A stretch of DNA of 64,000 bases, taken from the NCBI GenBank assembly GCA_963724825.1, contig CAVRWT010000006.1:66295-130294 (forward strand), in the 5' to 3' direction. Within the stretch, counting starts at the first letter, position 1; every line of letters begins with the position of its first letter. The position numbers and the translations under genes are program-made. A model generated the notes under the pieces. It worked only from the letters and a program-made list of their open reading frames with translations. It searched no databases and had not been told where the DNA came from. Positions 10,846-20,650 of the stretch are shown here, one piece after another. This DNA is from an uncultured Acidobacteriota bacterium. GTDB lineage: Bacteria; Actinomycetota; Acidimicrobiia; Spongiisociales; ZC4RG35.

Positions 10846-12229
10846 TCAGGCCTTCTTGGTCGCCCAGATCCGCTGATTCACCTCGTTCTCGAGCAGCTCC
10901 TGACGCCCTGACCTTGGCTTGGGGTCGATCTCGCCCGAGGCGACCTTGTCCTCGAGCCCCACCAGAGTGACCTCACCGGCGAGAATCGAAGCGCCCACCC
11001 CCTTGGCCCATCCGGCGTAGCGGTCTGCTCGCGGCCCGTCGAGGGTCTTGGTTCTCGATCATGTCGGCGGCGACGAGGAGAGCTCGGGCCAGGGTGTCGA
11101 TTCCGCCGATGTGGCCATGGAAGAGGTCGGTGCGGTCCATGCTCTGACGTCGAAGCTTGGCGTCGAAGTTGAAACCTCCCGTGGTGAAGCCACCGCTCTT
11201 GACGATCTCATAGAGCGCCAAGGAGAGCTCGTCGACCGAGTTGGGGAACTGGTCCGTGTCCCAGCCGTTCTGGTAGTCCCCACGGTTGGCGTCGATGCTG
11301 CCAAAGATCCCGTTGGCGGTTGCGTAGGCCACCTCGTGGTGGAAGCTGTGTCCTGCCAAAGTGGCGTGGTTGGCCTCGATGTTGACCTTGTACTCGCCGT
11401 CGAGCCCGTGGCGGACAAGGAAGCCGTGGACGGTCGCGCAGTCGTAGTCGTACTGGTGCTTGGTCGGCTCCTGGGGCTTGGGCTCGATCAGCAAGGTTCC
11501 CTTGAACCCGATCTGGCGCTTGTGCTCGGCCACCATCTCCAGGAATCGTGCGAACTGGGTCTCCTCACGAGCGAGGTCTGTGTTGAGGAGAGTCTCGTAA
11601 CCCTCCCTTCCGCCCCAGAGGACGTAGTTGGCACCGCCGAGTCGGTGTGTCGCCTCCAGCATCACCTTCACCTGGGCCGCGGCATAGGCGAAGACATCCG
11701 GGTCGGGGTTGGTTGCCGCTCCTGCGGCGTATCGGGGATGGCTGAATAGGTTGGCCGTTCCCCACAGCAGCTTGAGCCCGGTCGCCGACATATGGCCCTC
11801 GATCTGGTCGACAACTGTCTCCAGGTTGGCTCGAGTCTCCTTGAACGAAGACCCCTCGGGGGCAACGTCGCGGTCGTGGAAGCAGAAGTAAGGGACCCCG
11901 AGCTTGGACAGGAATTCGAAGGCGGCCTCGACCTTGTTGTTTGCTGCCGTCATCGGGTCGACGTCCGGGCTGAGCCAGGGCCGATCAAAGGTCCCCATCC
12001 CGAAGACGTCGGATCCGGGCCAATTGAACGAGTGCCAGAGGCAGACGGCGATCCGGAGATGGTCTTCCATCCTCTTTCCGAGGACCAGCCTGTCGGGCTC
12101 GTAGACCTTGAAGGAAAGTGGCTCTTGGGAGTCGAGCCCTCCGAATGGGATCGGTCCGGTCACCTCGGTGAAGAAGTCGTTGCCCACGCCGTGCCTTTCG
12201 AACTGATGGAAGGTGGGCGAGCCTATCAC
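10846..12229 (-). CDS. xylA: Xylose isomerase (class II); one frameshift in the GGG run at 11043-11045
   Basis: ORF 10973-12229 aligns along its length with remembered E. coli XylA ([52 protein letters not shown]). The C-terminus ([12 protein letters not shown]...[22 protein letters not shown]) continues in another frame to the stop at 10846-10848. Length is 1384 nt (3n+1). An alternative start is GTG 12187. Confidence 0.85.
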
Positions 12230-12244
12230 TCAGGGCGTTCGGCC

Positions 12245-12724
12245 TTACCCGATGGGGCGTCGCCTCTTTGAGGTGATTACGCCGGTGTCGAAGCCACCAA
12301 GGTGGAGGCCACCGGCGAACCGTGCATGTTCGATCTTGAGACACCGGTCTTGAACCACTTTCAGACCTGCGTCGACCGCCTTGCGGGCTGCCTCTTCGTG
12401 ACGCAAGCCCAGCTGGAACCAGACGACCTTGGCACCAACCTCGATCGCCTCGTCCACCACTGCGGGTATCTCGGAGTGCTTCCGGAAGACATCGACGATG
12501 TCGGGCGGCTCGGGGAGATCCCGCAAGGACGGGTAGGACTTGAGCCCGAGCACCTCCTCGTACATCGGATTGACGGGATAGGTGACGAAGTCGGTTCGGA
12601 CCAGGTAGCTGGCCACGAAGTTCGAAGAGCGGATGGGATTGGCCGATACCCCGACCAGTGCCACGCTGCGGGCGCCGAGGATGATTCGAAGCCGGTCCCG
12701 TGCCTCTGGGTCGGCCACAGTCAT
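12245..12724 (-). CDS. CoA-binding domain protein
   Basis: The C-terminal 159 aa of ORF 12245-13060, from MTVADPEARDRL, contain ARSVALVGVSANPIRSSNFV and a succinyl-CoA-ligase-like CoA-binding fold. The ATG overlaps the metY stop (ATGA). Confidence 0.7.
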   Translation of the reverse strand: MTVADPEARDRLRIILGARSVALVGVSANPIRSSNFVASYLVRTDFVTYPVNPMYEEVLGLKSYPSLRDLPEPPDIVDVFRKHSEIPAVVDEAIEVGAKVVWFQLGLRHEEAARKAVDAGLKVVQDRCLKIEHARFAGGLHLGGFDTGVITSKRRRPIG

Positions 12725-14025
12725 GAGGACGCCACCAGGGCACGATCGAGGTCCCAGACGATGTCCTCGATGTCCTCGATGCCAACCGAGATCCTGATCA
12801 TGTCGTCCCCAACGCCGGACCGCTCCCGTTCGGCGACGGGCACCTGCTGATGGGTAGTCGAGGCCGGATGGATCACCAGCGTCTTGGCGTCGCCCACGTT
12901 GGCGAGATGCGAGGCCAGCTCCACGGTCTCGATGAAGCGAATCCCTGCCGGCAGGCCGCCCCGGAGCCCGAATGTGAAGACTGCTCCCGGTCCCTTGGGC
13001 AGATATCGCTCGGCAAGTTCCTTCCATGGGTTGTCGTCGAAGATGGGGAAGTTGACCCATGCCACCTCGTCGCGGCCCCGAAGGAACTCGGCGACCGCCT
13101 TGGCGTTTTCGACATGTCTCTGCATGCGAAGCGGAAGGGTCTCCACCCCGAGCAACAGTATGAAGGAGTTGAACGGTGACAAAGAGGCGCCGATGTCACG
13201 GAGGAGCTCGACCCGGGCCCGTGTCAGATAGGCGTACTCACGGAAGTTCTCCCAGAACCGAAGATCGTGATAGGCCGGAGAGGGCTCCACGAGGGTGGGG
13301 AACTTGCCGTTGTCGAAGGGAAAGCGGCCGCTCTCCACGATCACGCCGGCGATCGCCGCCCCATGCCCGCCGAGGAACTTGGTGGCGGAGTGCACAACTA
13401 TGTCTGCGCCGTACTCGATGGGCCGGCAGAGATAGGGAGTGGCAAAGGTGTTGTCCACGACCAGCGGAACGCCGTTTTCGTGGGCAATCCCGGCGATCGT
13501 CTCGATGTCGAGGATGTCGGCGCCAGGATTCCCGACGGTCTCGCCATAGAGCAGCTTCGTCTTGTCGGTGATGGCAGCTCGTACTGCGTCGATGTCGCCG
13601 AAGTCGACGAAGGTCACGTCGACCCCCATTCTCCGGAGGGTCACGTCGAACTGGGTGTAAGTCCCGCCGTATAGAGATCGCGAGGCGACCAACTCGTCTC
13701 CCTGCTGGCAGAGGGCGAGGATCGATATGAGCTGGGCAGCCTGTCCCGAAGCAGTTGCCACCGCTCCCAAGCCGCCCTCGAGCGAGGCCATCCGCTCCTC
13801 GAATGCTGCGGTAGTCGGATTGCCGATTCGGGTGTAGATGTTCCCGTAGTTCTGCAAGGCGAAGAGATCGGCGGCGTGCTGGACGTCGTCGAAGACGAAA
13901 GAAGTAGTCGCGTATATGGGCATGGCCCGGGCTCCGGTCTCGGGATCCGGGCGCTGGCCGGCATGCACGGCCCGAGTGGCGAAACCGAACTCGTGGTCTT
14001 TCATCTGGCCCATGTTGGCATCCAT
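12721..14025 (-). CDS. metY: O-acetylhomoserine/O-acetylserine sulfhydrylase (PLP-dependent)
   Basis: In ORF 12721-14511, the part from MDANMGQMKDHEFGFATRAVHAGQRPDPETGA onward is typical MetY (SATKFLGGHG lysine motif). The start could be 14025, 14013 or 14004. Confidence 0.85.
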   Translation of the reverse strand: MDANMGQMKDHEFGFATRAVHAGQRPDPETGARAMPIYATTSFVFDDVQHAADLFALQNYGNIYTRIGNPTTAAFEERMASLEGGLGAVATASGQAAQLISILALCQQGDELVASRSLYGGTYTQFDVTLRRMGVDVTFVDFGDIDAVRAAITDKTKLLYGETVGNPGADILDIETIAGIAHENGVPLVVDNTFATPYLCRPIEYGADIVVHSATKFLGGHGAAIAGVIVESGRFPFDNGKFPTLVEPSPAYHDLRFWENFREYAYLTRARVELLRDIGASLSPFNSFILLLGVETLPLRMQRHVENAKAVAEFLRGRDEVAWVNFPIFDDNPWKELAERYLPKGPGAVFTFGLRGGLPAGIRFIETVELASHLANVGDAKTLVIHPASTTHQQVPVAERERSGVGDDMIRISVGIEDIEDIVWDLDRALVASS

Positions 14026-14036
14026 CGTCCGCGGGC

Positions 14037-14511
14037 TCAGTCGCCCGATGGGCTGTTGTCGTATTCGTCGACGGTTACCGGCCGCGGCTCCCAGAGCGTC
14101 GCGCCGCCGGTGGTCAGGGAGAGGTGGCTCATCGGCGAGTCCGGGCCGGCCCCGTGCCAATGAAGCTCGCCCGGCTTGGAGTAGATCACATCGCCTGTCG
14201 AGAACTCGACGATGTCGCCCGACTCGGTGCCTCCCCGCCCGTGGCCGGACGATGACATAGAGGACCTGGCCTTCGGGGTGGGAGTGCCAGTGGGTTCTCG
14301 CCCCGGCCTCGAAGGTGACACTGATCGCATTCAGCACCCGGTCGTCACCCTGGGACAACGTCTCCATCCAGGCCTTGCCGGTGAAGTGCTCCTCGGGCTG
14401 AGGGATCGCGTTGCAGGGCCTCGGGCAGTGGTGTGCTCCATGAGGTGAGAGGTTATCCGCGCACGCCGAGCCCCAATTCGTCGACTCTTGGCGACTTCGG
14501 TGGTGACTCAC
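14037..14511 (-). CDS. Cupin domain protein; one frameshift near 14250; start uncertain
   Basis: The N-part (FTGKAWMETL...VTFEAGARTHWHSHPEGQVLYVI) is at the 5' end of ORF 12721-14511. The C-part (SGHGRGGTESGDIVEFSTGDVIYSKPGELHWHGA...) is in ORF 14037-14330. Joined, they form one canonical cupin (HxH...E...H). Length is 475 nt (3n+1). Confidence 0.6.
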
Positions 14512-14570
14512 AGGGAGCCCTCAGGCGCGGGCTGGATGATCGACCTGGCATCTGATTGAAAGGAGTTGAG

Positions 14571-14847
14571 ATGCACACTCGAAGCAAGACAGTCAAGACC
14601 CTCGCCGCCTCGGCGGCCTTGGTCGCCAGCCTCGGTCTCGGGGCGGTGTTGGGGTCACCCGGCGTGGCTCAGGCGCAGGAGGAGACGACCACCACGGTGG
14701 TCGATGACTCCACCAACGCGACCGCCGCCACGACGGATACCACGGTACGACGACAGGGCCACCACCGACGATACGAACGGTTCGGGCCAGGCTGACCACA
14801 ACTGCGACGACGCGGCCGCCGGATCGGGCACCACGGCCACGACCTGA
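14571..14847 (+). CDS. Small secreted Thr/Asp-rich protein of unknown function; possible frameshift near 14744
   Basis: AGGAG at 14561-14565 precedes ATG 14571. There is a signal peptide (MHTRSKTVKTLAASAALVASLGLGAVLGSPGVAQA). As sequenced it ends at 14795 with an Arg-rich tail. The +1 frame keeps the T/D-rich composition and ends at 14847. Confidence 0.35.
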
Positions 14848-14860
14848 CGGATAGCGCACC

Positions 14861-14911
14861 CGTAATTGGGACCTGCAGGGCTCATATCCGAACCTGGAGG
14901 TCCCAATTACG
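14861..14911. terminator. Perfect 14-bp inverted repeat between convergent genes (candidate bidirectional terminator)
   Basis: CGTAATTGGGACCT (14861-14874) pairs with AGGTCCCAATTACG (14898-14911) around a 23-nt loop. The right arm overlaps the stop of the minus-strand gene. Confidence 0.5.
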
Positions 14912-15811
14912 CCCGAGGGGCTCCGGTGGTCCTGGTGCGGACCCGGTACAGCGATGTGGTGGCGGTCATGAAGAGGTCGGTCCCGTCCGGACCGCCAAAG
15001 GCGCAATTGCTGGTCACCTCGGGAATCGGGATCTTCCCGATGCGCCGGCCTTCCGGGGTGAGGACATGGATCCCATCCCCGGCGCTGGTGAACACATGGT
15101 CGGTCCGGTTCACGCGGAACCCGTCGGCAAGCCCGGGAGTGATCTCAGCGAACACCCGGGGATTGCGCAATTGGATGCCGTTCTCGACGTCGAACGCCAT
15201 GATGTGCTTGCTCCCGGCCGGGTCCATGCCCCCGATGGTGTCCGATATATATAGGACAGACTCGTCCACGGAGAACGCCAGCCCATTGGGATGGCCCATG
15301 AGGTCGGTGACGATGGACGTATCACCGGTGGCAGGGTCGAATCGGAACACATAGCAACCGGCCAGTTCGGGGTCTGCGGCATGTCCTTCCTCGTTGTTGA
15401 TGATCCCATAGGGCGGATCGCTGAACCAGATCGTCCCATCGGACTTGACGACCACGTCGTTTGGGGAGTTCAGCCTCGATCCTCGATAGGTGGAAACAAG
15501 AGGCGTGATCGTGCCGTCGTGCTCGACCCGCTCGATGCGTCGATGGCCCTGGGAGCAAACCACCTCTCGCCCTCGAGATCCAGCGTTCTGCCATTGGTGA
15601 ACTCGACATCCGTTCGCTCGACCTCGACGCCGTGGCTCTCGGTCCAGCGCATGACGCGATTTCTCCGAACGTCGCTCCAGACGACCGCCTGGCGGCGAGG
15701 CAACCACGCCGGTCCCTCTGCCCAAACACAGTCACCCCCGAGGCGCTCGACGACCGCGGCAGGATCGATGAGTTTCTCGAACGACCGGTCCTCGATGATT
15801 GGAGTCGACAT
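14907..15811 (-). CDS. SMP-30/gluconolactonase/LRE family protein; one frameshift near 15568
   Basis: The N-part is in ORF 15470-15928, from MSTPIIEDRSFEKLIDP...EGPAW...VVWSD. The C-part is in ORF 14907-15725 (RLNSPNDVVVKSDGTIWFSDPPYG, PNGLAFS, DGFRV). Length is 905 nt (3n+2). Confidence 0.75.
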
Positions 15812-15836
15812 GGTCACTTTATCCTGGCAGGCCCGA

Positions 15837-16664
15837 ATGGATGGATGGCCATTGAAGAAGGTTCGAATCGGAGCCCAATTGCACCCCCAGCAGGGCGCGT
15901 ATGAGGGTCTGCGCTCTGCGGTGACCACAGCCGAGGAGCTCGGGTTCGACCTCGTCTACAACTGGGATCACTTCTTTCCCCTGTACGGAGAGGCTGATGG
16001 GGCCCATTTCGAATGTTGGACAATGCTCGCCGCCTGGGCAGAGCAGACCACTTCGATCGAGATCGGCGCTCTCGTCACTTGCAACTCCTACCGCAACCCG
16101 GACCTCCTCGCCGATATGGCGCGGACCGTCGACCACATCTCCGGAGGGCGCCTGGTCTTTGGGATCGGTGCTGGCTGGTTCCGACGCGACTACTCCGAAT
16201 ATGGCTTCGAGTTCGGCCGGGCGGGTTCCCGGCTTGACGCCCTGGCGGTGGCCCTGCCCCGGATCAAGGCGCGGTGGGCGAAGCTGAATCCGCCGCCGAC
16301 TCGACGGCTCCCGATCCTCATCGGAGGCACCGGTGAGCGTAAGACCCTTCGCATGGTGGCCGAGCACGCCGACGGGTGGCACGCCGGGTTTCCCGAGCAC
16401 CCGTCTGAACTGGAGCCCAAGGTGGCGGCCTTGCTCGCGTGGTGTGATCGGATCGACCGCGATCCCGGCGAGATCGAGTGGGGGATTGGCCTCGAACCCG
16501 AAGACAAGGATCGGGTCCTTGCCGAGGACGCCGAGACCTACCTCGAGATGGGGTTCACCCAATTCACCCTGGGCTACAACGGGCCGCGATGGAGCGTGGA
16601 TGACGGCGTCGATTGGCTGGCGTGGCGGGATGAGAAGAACGGACTGCCAGTCGACATCGATTGA
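15837..16664 (+). CDS. LLM-class (luciferase-like) F420-dependent oxidoreductase
   Basis: The 3' part of ORF 15291-16664, from MDGWPLKKVRIGAQLHPQQ, contains NWDHFFP, LVTCNSYRNP and GIGAGW motifs. An alternative ATG at 15810 would overlap the divergent gene's start. Confidence 0.75.
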   Translation: MDGWPLKKVRIGAQLHPQQGAYEGLRSAVTTAEELGFDLVYNWDHFFPLYGEADGAHFECWTMLAAWAEQTTSIEIGALVTCNSYRNPDLLADMARTVDHISGGRLVFGIGAGWFRRDYSEYGFEFGRAGSRLDALAVALPRIKARWAKLNPPPTRRLPILIGGTGERKTLRMVAEHADGWHAGFPEHPSELEPKVAALLAWCDRIDRDPGEIEWGIGLEPEDKDRVLAEDAETYLEMGFTQFTLGYNGPRWSVDDGVDWLAWRDEKNGLPVDID

Positions 16665-16705
16665 GGCGCGTATAACCGTCATTGAGGCCAGACAAGGTCA
16701 TGAAC

Positions 16706-16718
16706 AGTGTCACTGATA
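16706..16718 (+). promoter_or_regulatory. Candidate operator AGTGTCACTGATA upstream of the peptide ABC operon (shares its core with the sites at 41894, 42897 and 52042)
   Basis: AGTGTCACTGAT is identical to 41899-41910. It is intergenic, 160 nt upstream of ATG 16879. Confidence 0.3.
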
Positions 16719-16878
16719 GTGGTTTCCTGACGTGCCGTACTCGCTCACCTTGGGGTACACTCGAAAGCCTGCGGCGAGTTCCTGGGAAGACCTCAGTGAT
16801 CTGCGCTGCGGTGCGGCCGAACGGTCGCCAGCAAAAGTCGGGCACCGCCCGACTCAGTTGAAAGCAGGAAGGAAATCA

Positions 16879-18606
16879 ATGAAGAGAATGAGCAATCGTC
16901 CGCGATGGCTCCTCCTGTTGTTCGTCTTCGCACTGGTCGTAGCGGCCTGTGCCGGAGACACCGAGAGCACCACGACAACTGCTGCTCCGGCGGAGACAAC
17001 AACGACGGCCGCGCAGGCGACCACCTCTACGGCGGCGGCGCCAACGTCGGCGATGACCATCACCTACGACATCAACCCTGATGCGGTATGGAGCGATGGC
17101 ACACCGATTACGACTGCCGACTTTGCCTGTACGTGGACAGCGACGCTCAACACACCTGGGTCACTTTCGACCGTCGGATACGACCAGATCACTTCGGTCG
17201 CAGCAGGCTCGAGTGACAAGCAGGTAGTGGTCGAGTTCGCGACCGTATACGCCCCCTACAAGAACCTGTTCAACCCGCTGATCCCAGCCCACGTCGTCAC
17301 CGACCCGACATGTATGGACGTGTCCGGTGACTTCTTGGACGGTTACGGGGTGTCGGGGCGCGCATGGCAGATGGAGTCATGGAGCCTGGATCAGGCGATC
17401 TTGACGCCCAACCCGGCCTACTGGGGCGATGACAAGCCAGTCGCAACCCGTCTGGTGCAGGTCCCGAGAACAGAAGATGGCGGCATCGCGGCGCTTGGAG
17501 CCGGTGAAGTCGACTTCATCTTCCCGCAGGCGTTCGCCGGCATCACCGATGCCCTGGCCGCAGACAACATCAAGTTCGTGCCTGGCTATGGCACCAACTA
17601 CGAGGGTCTGTATTTCCAGCAGGGCGAAGTGCGGAATGGTCCGTTTGCCGACGACGACTTCCGGGCAGCGTTCTCGATGTCCATCGACCGTGAGCTGATC
17701 CTGGCCAACATCTACGACCCGATCTTCCCCGGCGCCCCACTGCTTCAGTGTGGTCTCTGGGTGCCGACCGTGGGCCCGTGGTGCCAGAACGACCAGTTCA
17801 CCGACAGCTACGACCCGGAGGGCGCAGCTGCGCTGCTCGAGGGTGCTGGCTGGGTGAAGGACGACAGTGGCATGTGGGCCAAGGACGGCGTCGTTCCCGA
17901 GATCAAGTGGATGATCAACACGCCGAACCCACGTCGTGAGGCCACCCAGGCTCTCATGATCCCCGAGTTGGCTGCTGCGGGTTTCAACGTTGTCGCTGAC
18001 AACGGTGACGCCGCGGCCGTGTTCCAGCAGCGTTTGCCTGCCGGTGACTACGACCTAGGGATGTACATCAACACCGCGTCTCCCGACCCGAGCGTGACGG
18101 GCATCATGTCCTGTGACGCGGTCCCGAGCGAGGAGAATGGAAACCAGGGTCAGAACTCTGTGTTCTGGTGCAATGAGGACGCAAGCGCCATCATGGCCGA
18201 GTCCGACACGACGATCGACGAGACTGCCCGTGCCGACCTGATTCATCAGATCGGTCAGGCCCTCGTGGATGATCACGTGATGTTGCCCCTGTTCCAGTTC
18301 CCGAACGTCGCCGCATGGCGGACCGACCGGCTGGAAGGCGATGCCCCCGGGGCAGATGCCTCCAACTACCGGGCGTACAACAACAGCTCTCAGCTGTGGA
18401 CACCTCTGGCCAGTGACGAGATCATCGTCGGCGCCGAGCAGTGGCCCGAGTGCTTGAACCCGATCACGGAATGCGCCAACTCATCGTGGATGGTCTGGAC
18501 CGCTGCGTTCCCCGTGCTCCCTGGTGTCTATGACACCACAGCTGACGGAGACTTCGTGGTGACCAACCTGATGGCAAGCGATCCCGTCGTGACGGTCAAC
18601 GAGTAA
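16879..18606 (+). CDS. ABC peptide/nickel-type transporter substrate-binding lipoprotein (family 5)
   Basis: ORF 16732-18606; ATG 16879 follows AGGAAGGAAA. It has a lipobox (LVVAACAG) and a Thr/Ala linker. Size and layout fit SBP family 5, directly upstream of dppBCDF-type genes. Confidence 0.85.
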   Translation: MKRMSNRPRWLLLLFVFALVVAACAGDTESTTTTAAPAETTTTAAQATTSTAAAPTSAMTITYDINPDAVWSDGTPITTADFACTWTATLNTPGSLSTVGYDQITSVAAGSSDKQVVVEFATVYAPYKNLFNPLIPAHVVTDPTCMDVSGDFLDGYGVSGRAWQMESWSLDQAILTPNPAYWGDDKPVATRLVQVPRTEDGGIAALGAGEVDFIFPQAFAGITDALAADNIKFVPGYGTNYEGLYFQQGEVRNGPFADDDFRAAFSMSIDRELILANIYDPIFPGAPLLQCGLWVPTVGPWCQNDQFTDSYDPEGAAALLEGAGWVKDDSGMWAKDGVVPEIKWMINTPNPRREATQALMIPELAAAGFNVVADNGDAAAVFQQRLPAGDYDLGMYINTASPDPSVTGIMSCDAVPSEENGNQGQNSVFWCNEDASAIMAESDTTIDETARADLIHQIGQALVDDHVMLPLFQFPNVAAWRTDRLEGDAPGADASNYRAYNNSSQLWTPLASDEIIVGAEQWPECLNPITECANSSWMVWTAAFPVLPGVYDTTADGDFVVTNLMASDPVVTVNE

Positions 18607-18618
18607 CCAACTAGCTTG

Positions 18619-18650
18619 TTTGGGGTGCCCGCTAACGTGGGCACCCCAAA
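18619..18650 (+). terminator. Perfect 12-bp hairpin between the SBP and permease genes
   Basis: TTTGGGGTGCCC-gctaacgt-GGGCACCCCAAA, read directly. Confidence 0.5.
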
Positions 18651-18683
18651 CCCGTAGTCATAACAATCGGAGGGACGAGGAAG

Positions 18684-19665
18684 ATGACAAGGTTCATCGC
18701 CCTTAGGGCCATGTGGGCCATCCCTGTGCTTCTCATCGTCACATTTCTGACGTTCTGGGCGGTCAAATCGGCGACAGATCCGGTCGCCAGCTACACCCGG
18801 ATCAATACTCGAGCCACACCCGAGATGATCGAGGAGTACAAGGTCAAGCACGGCCTCGTCGGCTCCACTCCCGAGCAATACGTCCGCTGGCTCAAGAATT
18901 TCGTCACCTTGGAATGGGGTAACTCGATCAAGGGGAATCGGCCGGTGTGGCCCGACCTCAAGGCGGCCATGGTTAACAGCCTGATCCTCGGCGTGACCGC
19001 AAGCTTCGTCGGGATCACCGTTGGGCTCGGTATCGGCATCTTGTCGGCGCTACGTCAGTATTCGAAGTTCGACACCGCCGCGACCGGCGCCGCCTTCGTC
19101 GGGATTTCGATCCCGCCGTTTGTCTCGGCGGTGCTGCTTCAGGTGTTCTTTGCGATCATGATCACGGAATGGCTCGGTCTCGATAAGCCGTTCTTACCCG
19201 TGGCCGGGGTGTACCCACCCGGCCAGGTCGGCTTCGACCTCGGGCTCACGGATCCAGCACATGATCCTCCCGGTCACGGTCGTCGCCATCCAGATCATCG
19301 CCGTGTACAGCCGGTACATGCGGGCCTCACTGCTCGACGTCAAAGAAGCCGACTACATGCGAACCGCTCGGGCCAAGGGAATCTCCGAGCGCAAAGTGAT
19401 CACTCATCACGCCCTGCGCAATGCCATGATCCCCGTTGTGACGGTGGCCGCCATCGACATCGGGGCGATCATCGGCGGTCTGATCATCACCGAGCGCATC
19501 TTCGAACTTCACGGCACCGGCGACTACCTGCTCACTGCCCTGGGCAATGGAGACTTCCCCCAGATCATGCCTTTGATGTTCATCATCGTGAGCTCGGTGA
19601 TCATCTTCAACTTGATCGCTGATGTTGCCTATGCCTGGCTCGACCCGAGGATCCGCCTTGGTTGA
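18684..19665 (+). CDS. ABC peptide transporter permease (DppB/OppB family); 1-nt insertion at about 19248
   Basis: ORF 18684-19622 is a good permease up to GFDLGL and then nonsense. ORF 19261-19665 supplies the rest (MILPVTVVAIQIIAVYSRYMRASLLDV...AYAWLDPRIRLG). Alignment with the intact paralog at 1-718 points to an extra A in CTCACGG. Confidence 0.85.
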
Positions 19666-20650
19666 CGTCGCTTCCCCGCGGCCCGACACGGTTGTCGTGC
19701 CGGAACTGGACGAGCTCGAAGGCATACCCGTAGTTTCTAAGTCTCCGCGGCAACTGGCTCTGCGCCGCTATCGCCACCATCGGGCGGCGATGCTCTCCAG
19801 TGTCATCTTGCTCATCATCACACTGGCGTGCGTCTTCGCCACCTGGGTCGCTCCGTACGGTGAGAACGAGGCGATCAAGTCCACCGACGGCGGGCTTCGT
19901 AACGAGATTCTGGTCCCACCGAACTCCCAGTTCTGGTTCGGGACCGACTCCATCGGCCGCGACCTGTACTCACGGGTGCTCTACGGAGGGAGAGTCTCGC
20001 TTTTCGTCGGTATCGCCAGCGCCATCTCTGCTGGGATCATCGGCACCGCGGTCGGCTCCTTTGCCGGCTTCCGGGGAGGGAGGATCGACAACGCGTTGAT
20101 GCGATTCACCGACCTCTTCATCGGGCTCCCGTTGTTGGTGATACTGATCATCATGCGGCTGCTGCCCGAGAAACAGCCGTGGGCCGCAACGGTGCTAGGT
20201 GAACCTGGATCGAAACGGTTGATGGTGACCTTGATCACACTTGTGTCTTGGACCGCCACCGCTCGAATTGTCCGTGGCGTCGTGTTGAGCCTGAAGGAGA
20301 AGGAATTCGTGGAAGCCGCGAGGGCGGTGGGCGCCAGTGACCGACGGATCATCACCAAGCACTTGGTTCCCAACACCATCGGCCCCATCGTTGTCTCGAT
20401 GACCTTCATCGTCGCGGGTGCCATCGCCCTCGAATCGACGTTGTCTTTCTTCGGATTCGGATTGGATCCGACCCAGTCTTCGTGGGGAAACCTTCTCGCC
20501 GACGCCGGGACCTCGGTGATCACCGGCAAATGGTGGCTTGTCTTCTTCCCAGCCATGGTGCTGTTGATCACGATCCTCTGCATCAACTTCATGGGTGACG
20601 GGCTCCGTGATGCGCTAGACCCGAAGCAGGAGCAAAGGACCACTGGGTGA
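19658..20650 (+). CDS. ABC peptide transporter permease (DppC/OppC family)
   Basis: ORF 19622-20650 has the EAA-loop region (FVEAARAVGASDRRIITKHLVPN). TTG 19658, overlapping the dppB-like stop, is the preferred start; ATG 19622 is also possible. Confidence 0.8.
   Translation: MVDVASPRPDTVVVPELDELEGIPVVSKSPRQLALRRYRHHRAAMLSSVILLIITLACVFATWVAPYGENEAIKSTDGGLRNEILVPPNSQFWFGTDSIGRDLYSRVLYGGRVSLFVGIASAISAGIIGTAVGSFAGFRGGRIDNALMRFTDLFIGLPLLVILIIMRLLPEKQPWAATVLGEPGSKRLMVTLITLVSWTATARIVRGVVLSLKEKEFVEAARAVGASDRRIITKHLVPNTIGPIVVSMTFIVAGAIALESTLSFFGFGLDPTQSSWGNLLADAGTSVITGKWWLVFFPAMVLLITILCINFMGDGLRDALDPKQEQRTTG

Noticed and set aside
15856-15868. GGTTCGAATCGG, which resembles a tRNA T-loop
   Set aside because: It lies inside the LLM oxidoreductase coding frame (KKVRIGA). 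No acceptor, D or anticodon stems can be drawn around it.
16793-16799. The short palindrome TCAnTGA on its own as a regulatory word
   Set aside because: With only six specified bases it is expected many times by chance in 64 kb. Only the longer 12-18-nt matches were reported.
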